Positions 52,205-64,000 of a stretch of 64,000 bases of DNA are shown here, one piece after another; position 1 is the stretch's first letter; each line of letters begins with the position of its first letter. The stretch spans positions 37,324,001 through 37,388,000 of the forward strand of contig NC_092353.1 of the NCBI RefSeq assembly GCF_963676685.1. The letters run 5' to 3'. The stretch is from Mytilus edulis (lineage: Eukaryota). Both the position numbers and the translations under genes were made by a program. The notes under the pieces are model-generated. The model saw only the letters and a list, made by a program, of their open reading frames with translations, searched no databases and was not told the DNA's origin.

Positions 52205-55200
52205 CACTGTGTCTAAACCACGCCGGCAAAATTTGCTCGGACTCGATGCTATCTAACATCCGGCACAATGACGGAACACCAATAGACAAAAGAAAGGTAG
52301 GTTTCTCCTTATTGTTTTATTCTTTTTATGATATCGAAGAATATATATACATATACAACTATTTTCTATTGTGAGATGCAATATTTTCTAAAACCGTTCT
52401 CTATTAACGGAGAAATAAGTCAAAATGCATGTCAAAATGACGAATTGAGTGAACCTTGCCTCGTAATTGTTTAATTTCTCGTTAAATTGTTCACATTGTA
52501 CGGAAAGAAAGGTACGGGAAGATAGATATTGACACGGAGATTGCAAATTAAGTTATTATGAGCATCTCAATAATTGTAACTCTGTGTATGGAACGAAAGA
52601 AATGGGTCATGTCAAAATCGAACTGGCCGGTTGCGTCAATGTATACAACCCGGTTTCGTCATAGATTTCAAAATGCATAACCCGGTTTGGTCAAATAAAA
52701 AAAATCATAATCCCATTACATTAGAATTGATTATTTAACTTCAGCGTTCAAAAGGAGTTTTGTGGGTCGTTCGAAAACAAGTTCGTTCACCGGACAGCGG
52801 CTTATTATTTATATGAGTCTCAGATTCAAATAAATAATAAGCAAATTCATACTCTTATAGCCGACACATATATTTTAATTTTACTTTGCATTCCGAAATT
52901 TTTTAACAGCATATTGAGATTAAAGCTCTCTATATGAGTTATGGGAAAATATGATGAACATTTTTAAACTTGAAATTAAAGTTTACGGTCTTAAAAATCG
53001 AAACACACAATTGATATGTGATTTTCTCGCACAAAAGAATGGACACCTTTATAAGTAATCTAATCATTCCATGTATGTAATCTTTTCTACCATCGTTAAA
53101 AATAAATAAAATTTATTTATCACTATACTGCTATGTACAAATTAGTTAAATAGTCTCAGGTCAGCGATACAATTCAATAATAATTATTTTGTTAACATTA
53201 TTAAAAAAAAACGAGTCTGCACTGTTGCCATTGTGTTATGATGATCGTACACTGATGTTGGTCAATATATTTTGACAATATATACGGACAGACGAATTCA
53301 GTTTATTTCAAAGTGGGCGTATTTCGAACAACTTGTACATACCGCCGAGCGTAGCGAGTCGAACAATATTTTGATTATTTTTTGCTTTACAAAATCTTTA
53401 AATACAGGAATCAATAAAGTTTTGGCAACCAAAGGTGGGGTCGGGGCGTGCAACATATACGTCATCTAGATTCGCCACTTACCTTATAAAGTGTATACCG
53501 AATTAAAATATTGTAAGAAATGAGAAAACAGGGACACCCGGGAAATCGGATTATGTCAGTTGGATTATGTTTCTCATAATAAATGCCGAATATCAAGTTC
53601 TTTTTATCGATTTCTATACATTTTTTTTTTCAAATATATATAAAAGTTTTATGTGAAAATGATAAGGCAGACAAATATACAAATAAATCGACTTGGCCGA
53701 TATTCTGATAAAAATTATTGACCTTTAATTACGATTTTTTTCTCCATTTCTCATTCCGCGTTTTTACACGCCCGTCCCAATTTTGACAGGCCGTATTATT
53801 GTATACACCCGTCTAACCGTCCGTCCTTCCATCCGTCTGTTCCTCCATCTATCAGTCATTCTGTCCGTCCGTCCGTCCGTCTATCTATCCTTCTGTCCAC
53901 CATAAACATGTCGCACCGTAACTTCAGGACAGCTTATCTTATTTTCTTAAAAAAACATGATCTGTAAACCTTTTAGTGAAAATCAAATTAAATCTTTTTG
54001 AGTTACAGAACATGTAAGTGAAACAGGAATGTGGGGTTTTTTAACATGTCGCGCCATATCTCAAAAACGAAGTATTATAACTGCATAAAACTTTATACAC
54101 TTCTTAGTTATATAAATACTATAAACTTCTGTTTATTTTTTGGTGATGTTTAAAATTTTGGTTTAGAGGGATTGAATTTTTTTTGGTAAAACAAAAACAA
54201 AGGGGGGGGGGGGGGCATTTAAACATGAAAAATTGATACAAATTACAAGCGACAACAACCCGACCATAGAGCAGAAAACAGCCGAAGGCCACAATGGGTC
54301 TTCAATGAAGCGAGAAACTCCCGCATCCGGTGGTGTCCTTTAGCTGGCCCCTTAATTAATATGTATACTAGTTCAGTGATAGTGGATTTCATAGTAAACT
54401 GCGAATACATGTATATTTATCATTTTTAATGGATAATTTTAACTATGATACAAGTTTTGGCACAAATCGCGAATTTACTATAAAGGCTCTGTCATAGGAC
54501 GAGTTAAGGTTTATTCATCATTTTTTATTATTTGTACTTTTGTTGTACTGTTTGTGTCAGCGACAACACTTTGACTCAGTCCATTTCCCGAGTCACAGGC
54601 TTGTAATTCCATGGTTGTCTTTGGTTGCTTTGTACCATATGTGTTTTGAACATAACATAGGCAGGTAGTTTTTTTGTTTGAATTGTTTTACATTTATAAT
54701 TTAGGGCCCTGTTATAGCTTGCTTTCATGCGGTTTGTGTGTTTTTCTCATTGTTTAAGGCATACGGTGACCTAAACTTGATTAATTCAACATCATTTTTG
54801 TGTCTAAAAGAAAGTTGTCTCATTGTCAATGTGTATGGGATAAGTGGTTACCGTCACTTTTTCTAAATAAGACCTAGATATAATTATAAATGACGGTCAT
54901 GTTTTGCAAACCAACTTTTATTCACATTGAAAATACAATACTGTCAGATATTGTTTTCGAAAGTTATCTTGAAGTTTCAATTGAATTCGAACTGTAAAAA
55001 AGATGAATTTGAAATGTAAAAAAAAATGAATTTGAACTGTAAAAATAATGTGAAAAAAATGCCTATAGGAAAATAAATGTGCCTACCAGAAACGGGGAGA
55101 AAGTTACAAATCTCATTGCTATGTTATGGATGCTTAAGTGTGAAAACTTGCTTTAGTGCGCAAGGAACACAGTATATATAGTACCAGAAAATGTGGCAGG

Positions 55201-56136
55201 ACTGCATGCATGATAAACTTGTGCAGAACAGTAAAGACTATAGTCGGTTTGGGACTGTTCGTCAATGATTGAATGCATAGTGTATATAATTTAGTATAGT
55301 AAATTAAAATTATGGCACAATCAAAACACATACTTTTATTTTTCATCTTTACATACTACTATTATAAACGAAGAAAATATAATAATGTTACAAATAGTTA
55401 GATACCAGTGTTTGCTATTGAGTATTTATATTCCATTTAAAATTAGTTTGAAGTTAAGTGAAATAAGGGATACGCCTTTCACTAGAAAATGTGTATTATC
55501 ATAATTAACTATGTCCAAAAGTGCCTGTTTTAAATAGATTTTAACACGCCAAGTTTACCTTACAATAAATATATATTTAAATTCTCGAAATACAATGTTC
55601 AGACCCCTGCCAAAGTTGCTTTTCATAAATTGTTTGTTAAAAAAACCAACCAAACCGGGTGATATATATAGACGAAACCGGGTGATTGTGTAGTAACAAC
55701 ATTGACGAAACCGGTTTATTTTAATTTGACATGACCCATTTCTTTCGTTCCATACACAGAGATACAAATAATGAGATGCTCATAATAACTTCATTTGCAA
55801 TCTCTGTGTCAATATCTATCTTCCCGTACATTTCTTTCCGTACAATGTGAACGATTTAACGAGAAATTAAACAATTTCGAGGCAAGGTTCACTCAATTCG
55901 TCATTTTGACATGCATTTTGACTTATTTCTCCGTTAATAGAGAACGGTTGTAGAAAATATTGCATCTCACAATAGAAAATAGTTGTATATGTATATATAT
56001 TCTTCGATATCATAAAAAGAATAAAACAATGAGGAGAAACCTACCTTTCTTTTGTCTATTGGTGTTCCGTCATTGTGCCGGATGTTAGATAGCATCGAGT
56101 CCGAGCAAATTTTGCCGGTGTGGTTTAGACACAGTG
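52205..56136. mobile_element. Non-autonomous Transib/RAG-like DNA transposon with long TIRs
   Basis: 412-bp TIRs (52205-52616 / 55725-56136, ~11 mismatches by eye), termini CACTGTG...CACAGTG, 5-bp TSD TCTTT. No transposase ORF is visible; superfamily inferred from termini and TSD only. Confidence 0.8.
53761..54190 (+). mobile_element. HINE-like fragment nested in the long-TIR element
   Basis: tttttacacgcccgtc start followed by a (CCGT)n microsatellite and partly repeated core. Confidence 0.55.
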
Positions 56137-56668
56137 TCTTTGCACACATCCCATTGTATGTTTACTCTATTAATGTCGAGAGTCGTTCCATGTTTATAAT
56201 CTACCCAATAACAAGCTGTTAACCCAAACTACGTAGCGTTACGTTCTCCAAATCTCCATTTTCTGCCGGAATTAATTTCTCATATACTAATGTTATCATT
56301 GCAGCAGTGTCCACAATCATTCTCACATTCTGGTCATGTATAGTACCTCGTTGTCGCTAATTAGTGAGACCGTGATTAGGTGATGTTTCATGACCAATAG
56401 ACTTTGGAATCGTGCGTTGGCCTACTGACCTGAGCCTTTGTTGTTTAAAGACCCCATTGTTGGGGTTTCACTTTGATTTACTCCGTATCCTGGTTGTCTG
56501 AAATAACCGAGATTTCTGGAGTTTGTCCGAGGAGATGCTATCCGTTGTCTTTAGGGACTATATGATCTCTAGCTTAGTGGGGGATGTTGTTTATCGATAG
56601 GCATTAAGCTTGGGTGTATTTCTATCTGGCGATCTATTGCATTGCCAGGGATCTCCATGGCCTGTTTA
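56137..56668 (-). pseudogene. Decayed Gypsy-like gag-end/aspartic protease fragment
   Basis: Minus strand: RGTIHDQNVRMIVDTAAMITLV (DT[G/A] active site), with stops and a frameshift, then IQWDVCK. An upstream RS/SP-rich frame ends T TTA AAC...LNNKGSGQ*. Confidence 0.72.
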
Positions 56669-56772
56669 GAGATGGCGCCCCACCATCGTTCAAATGTCTT
56701 GCGCCATCGTCAAATGACCCGCGCAATCGTTAAATTGTCTTCCGCCATCGTTCAAACTGATATCATTTTTAT

Positions 56773-57368
56773 GGGAGATATCCATTTGCGCCAAAACTGC
56801 GTCCTTTTACGCCACAATTGTTTTTCTCCAATTCTACGTTTGCGCCACCTGTTTTAAAATTATATGGTATCATTTGCGCCAAAAATAAAACATACGATTG
56901 CGCCAATTAGAAGAAAAATGACTTCCCTGCTCCTTTATTCGGACTTGGAATCGGAAGTTTACATGTAAAATGTTTACTTTTCTGAAAAATGCTTTCTTCT
57001 TACTGCTGCTGCATGGGTACTTCAAATTCAATGTATGTAGTAGCGTGTAACTTCCCTTTATTGTCCAAAAAAGACGATCATTAAAGATGAAAACAGTTCA
57101 TACTGATAATTACTGTAGAATGCCGCTCCGCTCTATTACTGGTACGTCTTGCAGTAGATGGAGTTTCAGCCCATACGGATGGTGAAATATCTCCGAACAA
57201 ATATGATATTTTTTAAGCAAAAATAAGAATATATAGATAGATATGTGTACAGGTAAATTGGCGCAAATGAGTTCCGAAAATTGGCGCAATCAGTATGCAT
57301 TTGGAAAACAAAATTTGGCGCAAATGATACCCCTGAAAAACAGTAATTGGCGCAAAAGGACTGCTGCC
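56773..57368. mobile_element. Non-autonomous DNA transposon with 8-9 bp TSD (Merlin- or MULE-like)
   Basis: (C)ATTTTTAT flanks both ends; GG...CC termini; TTGCGCCA repeats on the left are mirrored by TGGCGCAA on the right. Confidence 0.7.
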
Positions 57369-59509
57369 ATTTTTATAGCCCGGTGCCATTTTTTTTAGCA
57401 ATTATAATCAAATGCATGTAATTGCATAACCCGTAGGCTTTTTTTATATATTATAATCCAATACAGTTCTAACGCCTGAAGGATATCCGGATTAAGATCG
57501 CTATAATCACTGATACCTGAGCCTGTACAGGTAGATCAACAACGTCTCCAATCTTTTGAAAAACAAAATGTCATTTAAAAAAATAGGGGTCCATGCACTC
57601 GTTTTCAAATTAAATCAGTTTGAATGATAAAAATCAGTCGAAAAATGCATCTTTTCCCGATATGTCACAGTTTGACGTCGCGAAAATAACATTTTACGTT
57701 AGCAACGTCATTACCTCCCCTGTAACTGTATCGTATGCCCTTAAAGAATAGAATGAAGGTGAGGGATCAAGGCTTTGTCATTGGAAATCAAACAAATTGA
57801 AAAAATTAAAAAGTCTTCTATAGTCTAATATATATTCTATAGTATAATAGTCTATTGTTTTGTCAATGTCCTCTTTTTTTCTTTTTTTTTTTATGATTTC
57901 TCATTAATTTTATTTTGCAAAAAAGTGGATGATACCTATAGTCCCCCAACTTGTTTCCTACCCTTTCAAGCGTGTAATACACGTCTATACAAAAAGTGAG
58001 AAAATGCAGGCATCAGCAGACATCCCGGCATTTTTTTTTTATATAAAAACGAGTGTTGAAATAAAAAGAATAAAATTCAAGCCGGGAAAATGCAGGCATC
58101 AGCAGACGTCCCGGCAACCAAGGGGCGAGAATAATGGGCACAAATTCTAGAAAACAGACATGAAGATCCTCATCAAAGTTGTTTTTTTAAATATAAAACA
58201 AATTATTTTTTTTTCTTATTTCCGTTCTGAAACAAATTATTATGATTTTAACAATTCTTTAAAAAAAAAATGCCCCCCCCCCCCCAAATAACAAAAAAAA
58301 AAGGTCAGTGCCTAACATCATTTATTGCGGAAAATCTTTAATTTCTCCTCATTATATTATTACATAGGAAATGATTCCCTCGTCGTGTGTGCAAGATGTC
58401 ATGCGCATCTCTTTTCATTTTCTGTGATATGTTATATTGTTTTAATATTCCAAAACATAACTTGAAATCAATTTGGTTTATCAGATTTGTCCTAATATTT
58501 TTCAGCTACTGACAAACATTGGAATTTCAATGCGGTAGATTAATTTTAAAGGAGACAACGATTTATACTTTTCAACCACTTCTAAGCGACCAAGAGTTGT
58601 CTCCATCGAATGTGGTATGGAATCGATACACATGTTTATTTAAAGATTTTTCGACGTAATACTAGCAGTAAAACGTTTATGTTTAAAAAAGAGAAAATGT
58701 AATTCTTTCACAGGAAATTAGTTTTAAGATTGTAGGAATGAACAGTTTGTCCAAACTTTAGTTGTTAGTTAGGAAATTTCGTAGGAAAATCATTAATTTT
58801 GTAAACATTTGTTTTTTGGCTTTAAATCAAAATTTTCTGCATATGTAATGATTACCGTATTTATTTCTTTTAGAAAGATTACTTGGTGTCATGTTAAGAC
58901 ACGTCGAAATTTACGAAACAGTCATTTAATCGTATATATTACAAATATTCGTAATATAGAAAAACTATATTATAGATATTCGTAATATTGATTATTACGC
59001 TTTTTTTTGTAATAAAGGCCTTATATTACACAGAGCTGTAATGTTACTATTTGTCGTAATATTACAAGTTTGAGGAATATTACGAATAACAATAATCGCC
59101 TGGACTGTCAACGATTCGGCTTTTCCCAAATATTTTATGCATGCTGTCTGTTTTATTATATATTAATGTATTAATGTAAATACTAATTGTATAGGTTATA
59201 CAGATCTTCCCAATTTGTAGAGTTTTACAAAGTGACACCATCTTCAGATCCTTATGATGGAAGGAGGTTCATATATTTGACTTTTTTCTGTTCTTGATAA
59301 CTTATTCTACTTGTATTATTTATCTCCAGCTTTATTTTCCAAGCATGAAATGTACTCCATACCTCAAGCTCTGGTATCAATTCTGACAGCCATTTTTTTC
59401 AAATTTCTTCAGCATCGACAAGCCATTCATGAAAGCACATGTATTATATTGGCAGTATAATACTTCCATGATCAAATCAAGTTCCTATATAATACTTCAG
59501 TTATCATGG

Positions 59510-60190
59510 CCTGTGCATCAAGTCAAGTTCATGCCGCTGGTACAAAATGCTCTTATCCAGAGCATCAAGACCATCTCATCATGGCATATAATGCTTTTAT
59601 CCTGCCAACAACAAAATGAAAATAAGTCACTAGCTAAGGCCAGGGCTGGACCATCGCTTATACTGATCATCATGTCAAGCTCATGTGGCCCAAAATGCAT
59701 TCATCCTGCGCATACTGTTCTTATCCTGCACATCAAGCAAGCTTGTGGCACATAATGCTCTTATCCTGCGCATCAAGTAAGTTTGTGGCACATAATGCTA
59801 TTAAAAGTATGCATCTAGTCCAGCTCATGCGGCACATAATGCTTTTGTGAACATCAAGTTACGTTCATGCGGCATACAATTTTCTTATCTCCCGAGCTCC
59901 AGCATAAAGTCAAGATCATGTGGCACAGTTTTTTCCTATCCGACCTAAGCATCAAGTCAATCTCACGTTGACAATAATGCTCTTATCCTGTGCAACAAGT
60001 CAAGCTCGTGGCACATAATGCTATTAATCTAAGCATCTAGTCAAGCTCATGTTGTACATACTTTATTCTGAGCATTTATTTACGTCAAGCTAGTCATGTA
60101 GCAAAAAATGTTGTTATCCCGATCAAGCATCAAGTCAAATTTATGCCGCGCATAATGCACTTATCCTGAACACCATTGCAAGCTCATGTA
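59510..60190. repeat. Degenerate minisatellite, ~43-bp unit
   Basis: Recurrent gcatcaagtcaagctcatgtggcacataatgctcttatcct variants. Confidence 0.85.
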
Positions 60191-60257
60191 GTAAGATCTA
60201 GATCACCGTCACCTGCAGATATAGCACTATCAGCTGGCGATATGGCACCTCTTTGGA

Positions 60258-60841
60258 AAAGGAGAAGGTTCAGTAAGACCCCTTTTTGGCCCCAAAATAT
60301 AGCCGTTTTACAAAATTGTGATAATGTAATCATGAAGCTATTTATTGGAAAGTAAAATGATTCTACTACATAAATATGGGCTGTTTTTTACAATACAATG
60401 CACATATATCGGCTACTAGCATCATACAGTCATGCTAAATTACTGAAATCTTCACAAAATTAACATTTTAGTAAAATTTTAGACGGTTTCTGTCTAAAAT
60501 GAAAGTGGCCGCATTCGTGTTCATTCATAATATTGAAATGCAAGTTGTATTTGACGATAATACATAATATATATAAAGGTTGAGGATGAACACGGATGCG
60601 GCCACTTTCATTTTTGACAAAAACCATATGAAAAGTGACGATTTTTGGCAAATTTGATAGATTTTTCATATTTAAGCTTGAATCGGAGCGTTTTTGATAA
60701 CTTAATCAGTTAAAATTTTTCACAAAAACTAATTAAATCAATTGAAATAGACACTTAAGTGTTTAAAAAGTATCTAAAATATTTCGTCAGATGAACTTGA
60801 AAATTGAGGCCAAAATCGGCCCTTACCGGACCTACTCCTTT
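60258..60841. mobile_element. Non-autonomous TIR element with an internal palindrome
   Basis: AAAGGAGAAGGTTCAGTAAG / CTTACCGGACCTACTCCTTT ends; internal IR aaaatgaaagtggccgcat...atgcggccactttcatttt. Confidence 0.7.
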
Positions 60842-61720
60842 GTTTTGCCTCCCTTTGCATGGTATCTTTAAAGTTTTCAAGGAAAAACTAAAATATAAGT
60901 TTGACAAACACACTATAACCGTCCAACACACTATCTCTGACACTCACATACACTATATATATATATATATATAACTCGTCTTTTATTAAACATCAACCCA
61001 ACAATGTATGCTGGTGATCCGATGGATAAATCTGTTCAGTGTAGAGTTGTCACTGACTCGGACGTACTTATATATATATATCAGACTAAAAAATTTGCAC
61101 AGGTTTTGTGACACTTGAAGATTATATATATAACTTTTAAATCATTTAAACTAACTTACATTATGATAAAAAAAAATGTCTTATAATCATTTAATAAAGT
61201 GTTACGAACTTGCTGTTTCTGTATTGGCACTGGTATAGATTCAAGGTTTGTTGTATTGGCCTCGAGACTCGTACCTTTTATAATGCTCTTTTATTAAATA
61301 ATACGATTAAAACTGCCCTATTTTTACTATTAAAACGGCATGTGTCATACTGGTGACATCGTCCTGGTCATAGTAAATCACGTGATCTATATTGCTTTTC
61401 GGCCCGGTCCAATACTCAAAATCATTGGCCCTGTAAACATATATTGTGCATGTAATTCAGGATTCACTGCCAGTCCGTATGGGAAATATTGGCCCTTTTT
61501 TCACATCATTGCCAGTCCGTATTGAAAATATTGGTCCTATATATTAAAAATTTGATGTAGAGTTGTAATACAGTATTCAGAACAAGTCTGTATTGAAAAA
61601 GTTGGATTATTTAATAAATTATTAACTGTTTACAAAACTTTGAATTTTAGAAATACTCAGTAGACTTTTCTACCTCAGATATATAGTCAACTCAGCACAA
61701 CATGACACGCATATATATAT

Positions 61721-62413
61721 ATTTCTCGTGCTAGCAACATCAGCCGAGATGAACTTTTACAATATAAAGTCAAAAAGGTCAACAGGAGGGTGCCTTTTGT
61801 GTTGACTTACCATCCAAAATTTGACAACTTGTCTCACCTTATCCGCGAAAGTTGGAAAGATATCGAAAAACATCCTAAACTATCCAAGATCTTTCCCGAG
61901 CCACCTGTACTGGCTTTCCGCAGGCCCAAAAGCCTTAAAGACTTGCTGGTGAGAGCTGAGTTATCCTCTCAAGCAGGTTCTTCGTCAGTGGGCTCTTGTA
62001 AGGGTTGTGGAAACAAACGATGTCTGACTTGCAAACAAATACTGGATACCCAGACTTTTAACAGTCACTCCACTGGTACAGAATACACCATATTTTGCAA
62101 TGTTAATTGCAAGACTACAAATGTTGTGTATCTCCTACAGTGTAAATGTGGTAAACAGTATGTAGGCGAGTCAGAACAACCGTTTCACAAACGAATGAAC
62201 GGTCATCGTAGTGACTACCAATGCAAGCCAGACCTCCCTCTTAGTCGACATTTGAGATCCCCTGGCCACACTAAGTCAGATCTCAATCGACTGACCATTA
62301 CTATCATTGACCACAACTCTGCTTGGTCTAGGGAGGATAGACTTACTCGGGAAAGATTTTGGATAAGAAAATTAACAACTTTGGCACCAAATGGGATAAA
62401 TGAAAAGATGTAG
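61721..62413 (+). mobile_element. Penelope-like retroelement (Neptune-type), 5' truncated: linker and GIY-YIG endonuclease
   Basis: Open frame with PFVLTYHP, AFRRPKSLKDLLV, Cys-rich CKGCGNKRCLTC, and NVVY...YVGE...R..H...RE..WI..L.TLAPNGIN. Confidence 0.92.
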
Positions 62414-62937
62414 TTCGACACCATGCAGTGCTTCACATCTGGGTTATATTACTTATTATTACAGTCTCCGTTTCTATTTCTTTACCTTACTCGTCTCTAA
62501 AATAAATCTGTTGAATATAACAATTTAAATTGCTTAATTTTTTTAGGGATGTATAAGTACCAAGCCACGTCCAACTATTTTACTTTAGTCAAAATTTGTT
62601 ATTATATTTTAACGACCATTTGTTTTAAACATCGCAGACTTTAATGTAACTACACTACAGTTGTCAAATCTGAAATATTTAGAAATTTAAACCGTTCAGT
62701 GCTGTTTATTTGGAATTCTTATTGACGCAATCTTTCTTGTAACATCATAAAAATTGTGCTAGTTCACATCGCACATTATTATTTTTATTTAAAGCATATA
62801 TTTGAACTCTCTGATGTAATTAGTCTTATAACCTATGTCATATTCAACAAATTTTTTAGAATGGTGCAAGCGTCTTAACTGATGTTCGGTTTGCCTTTTT
62901 TATTGTATATTTCAAGATTTAGTAAAAGTTTAACTAA

Positions 62938-63996
62938 GAAGACTTAAAGATGATTCATTTCTTGAACACTGTAACTCTTTCCACCATTCAATAAAATTTA
63001 CATATGAATCATCTATGGAGAAAATAAACTTCCTCGATACTACGAGTTACATCAAGAACGGAACCATTATAATGGACCTCCATACCAAACAAACGGACAA
63101 ACATCAATTCCTTTCTCCTAAAAGTAGCCATCCTAAACACTGCTCCCGTGGTATCCCATTCAGCCAGGCATTGCGAATCAAGAGAATATGCTCTACTGAA
63201 AATACGAAAAATGCTAGACTTGGACAACTTCGTAAACATCTAGTTGTTCGAGGATACAATAACAACATCATTGATAGCGCTTTCGAAAGAGCAAACAAAA
63301 CTAGTCGCCAAGAACTTCTTGAGTACAAAGATAAGAATAAAGCAGCTAACAGAACACCCCTTGTACTCACTTACCATCCTGATTTTAAAAATGTGTCATC
63401 CATTGTTCAGAAGCATTGGAAAATTATAGAAAATGATTTAAATCTAAAAAAAAGTATTTTCATCACCACCAGTCATGGCCTTCAGAAGACCTAAAAACAT
63501 CCGTGACAAATTAGTGACATCTGTATGAGCAAAGCAGCCTAATCCATCGCCCGGTTGCTACAAACAATGTGGTCGAAGGAATTGTTTGTGTTGTAAAGCT
63601 GCCAATACAAGCAGTTCTTTCATCAGCTCCGTTACTAAACAAAATTATACCATCTACTCTAATTCCAACTGTAAAACGGAGAACTCAATTTATATATTAA
63701 CATGTGACACTTGTGGCATTCAGTATGTGGGAGAACCAATGGACAAATTTAATATTCGGCTCAATAACCATCGTTCATCGTACAAAACCAACAAAAACTG
63801 TCCCCTCACAAGACATCTTCGTTCAACGAAACATCCTTTTGATAATGTTACTTTCCAAATTATAGAAGTTAACACCGAGTGGGACACCACGGCGAGAAGG
63901 AGAAGAGAAAATTTTTGGATCCACCAACTCCACACTTTAGAACCTGATGGTCTTAACGAAAAAGACGAAAAAAGATACAGGAAAGATAAAGAATAA
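62938..63996 (+). mobile_element. Second, divergent Penelope-like element (RT C-end/thumb and GIY-YIG), disrupted
   Basis: NSFHHSIKFTYE..INFLD, SSHPKHCSRGIPFSQALRIKRICS, PLVLTYHP; frameshift at an A run (~63450) and TGA at ~63526; then SIY...YVGE, RENFWI, EPDGLN. Confidence 0.92.
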
Positions 63997-64000
63997 TTTA

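Noticed and set aside
52617-55724. RAG1/Transib transposase or RAG2-like remnants inside the long-TIR element
   Set aside because: Only short ORFs and nested repeats are visible; no motif recognised. BLASTX could still find decayed fragments.
57575-57744. One end of a TTAA-flanked (Kolobok-like) transposon
   Set aside because: No matching opposite TIR or TSD found in the window.
59429-59755. 108-aa ORF
   Set aside because: Lies largely in the degenerate ~43-bp minisatellite.
62414-62940. Hammerhead ribozyme expected near Penelope-like elements
   Set aside because: CTGATG occurs (~62810, ~62879) but without a convincing CTGANGA...GAAA core and stems; an Infernal/RNAmotif search is needed.
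62215-63935. Minus-strand ORFs over the Penelope-like region
   Set aside because: Antisense shadows of the + strand retroelement coding sequence.

Overview
This is AT-rich eukaryotic DNA, probably from a bivalve such as Mytilus; that assignment is inferred from repeat architecture only. The left three-quarters hold the 3' part of a + strand CELF1/2 (Bruno/CUGBP) RNA-binding-protein gene. Thirteen coding exons (7675-39997) splice in frame to 437 aa: the end of RRM1, RRM2, a linker built from symmetric phase-1 exons, and RRM3. The earlier RRM1 exons lie upstream of the window. A probable intron follows just after the stop, then a putative ~6.2 kb repeat-poor 3'UTR carrying many seed matches to ancient miRNAs. 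The introns hold MITEs, Helentron-derived (HINE-like) elements, SINEs and a 34-bp minisatellite. The right quarter is a transposon nest. Its most striking element is a 3.9 kb non-coding transposon (52205-56136) with 412-bp TIRs, RSS-heptamer-like CACTGTG ends and a 5-bp TSD, which is the Transib/RAG-like signature. It sits in the protease of a decayed Gypsy element, and removing it rejoins that reading frame. Two different Penelope-like (GIY-YIG) retroelement fragments end the window. Most ORFs in the supplied track look spurious. All coordinates were counted by eye.
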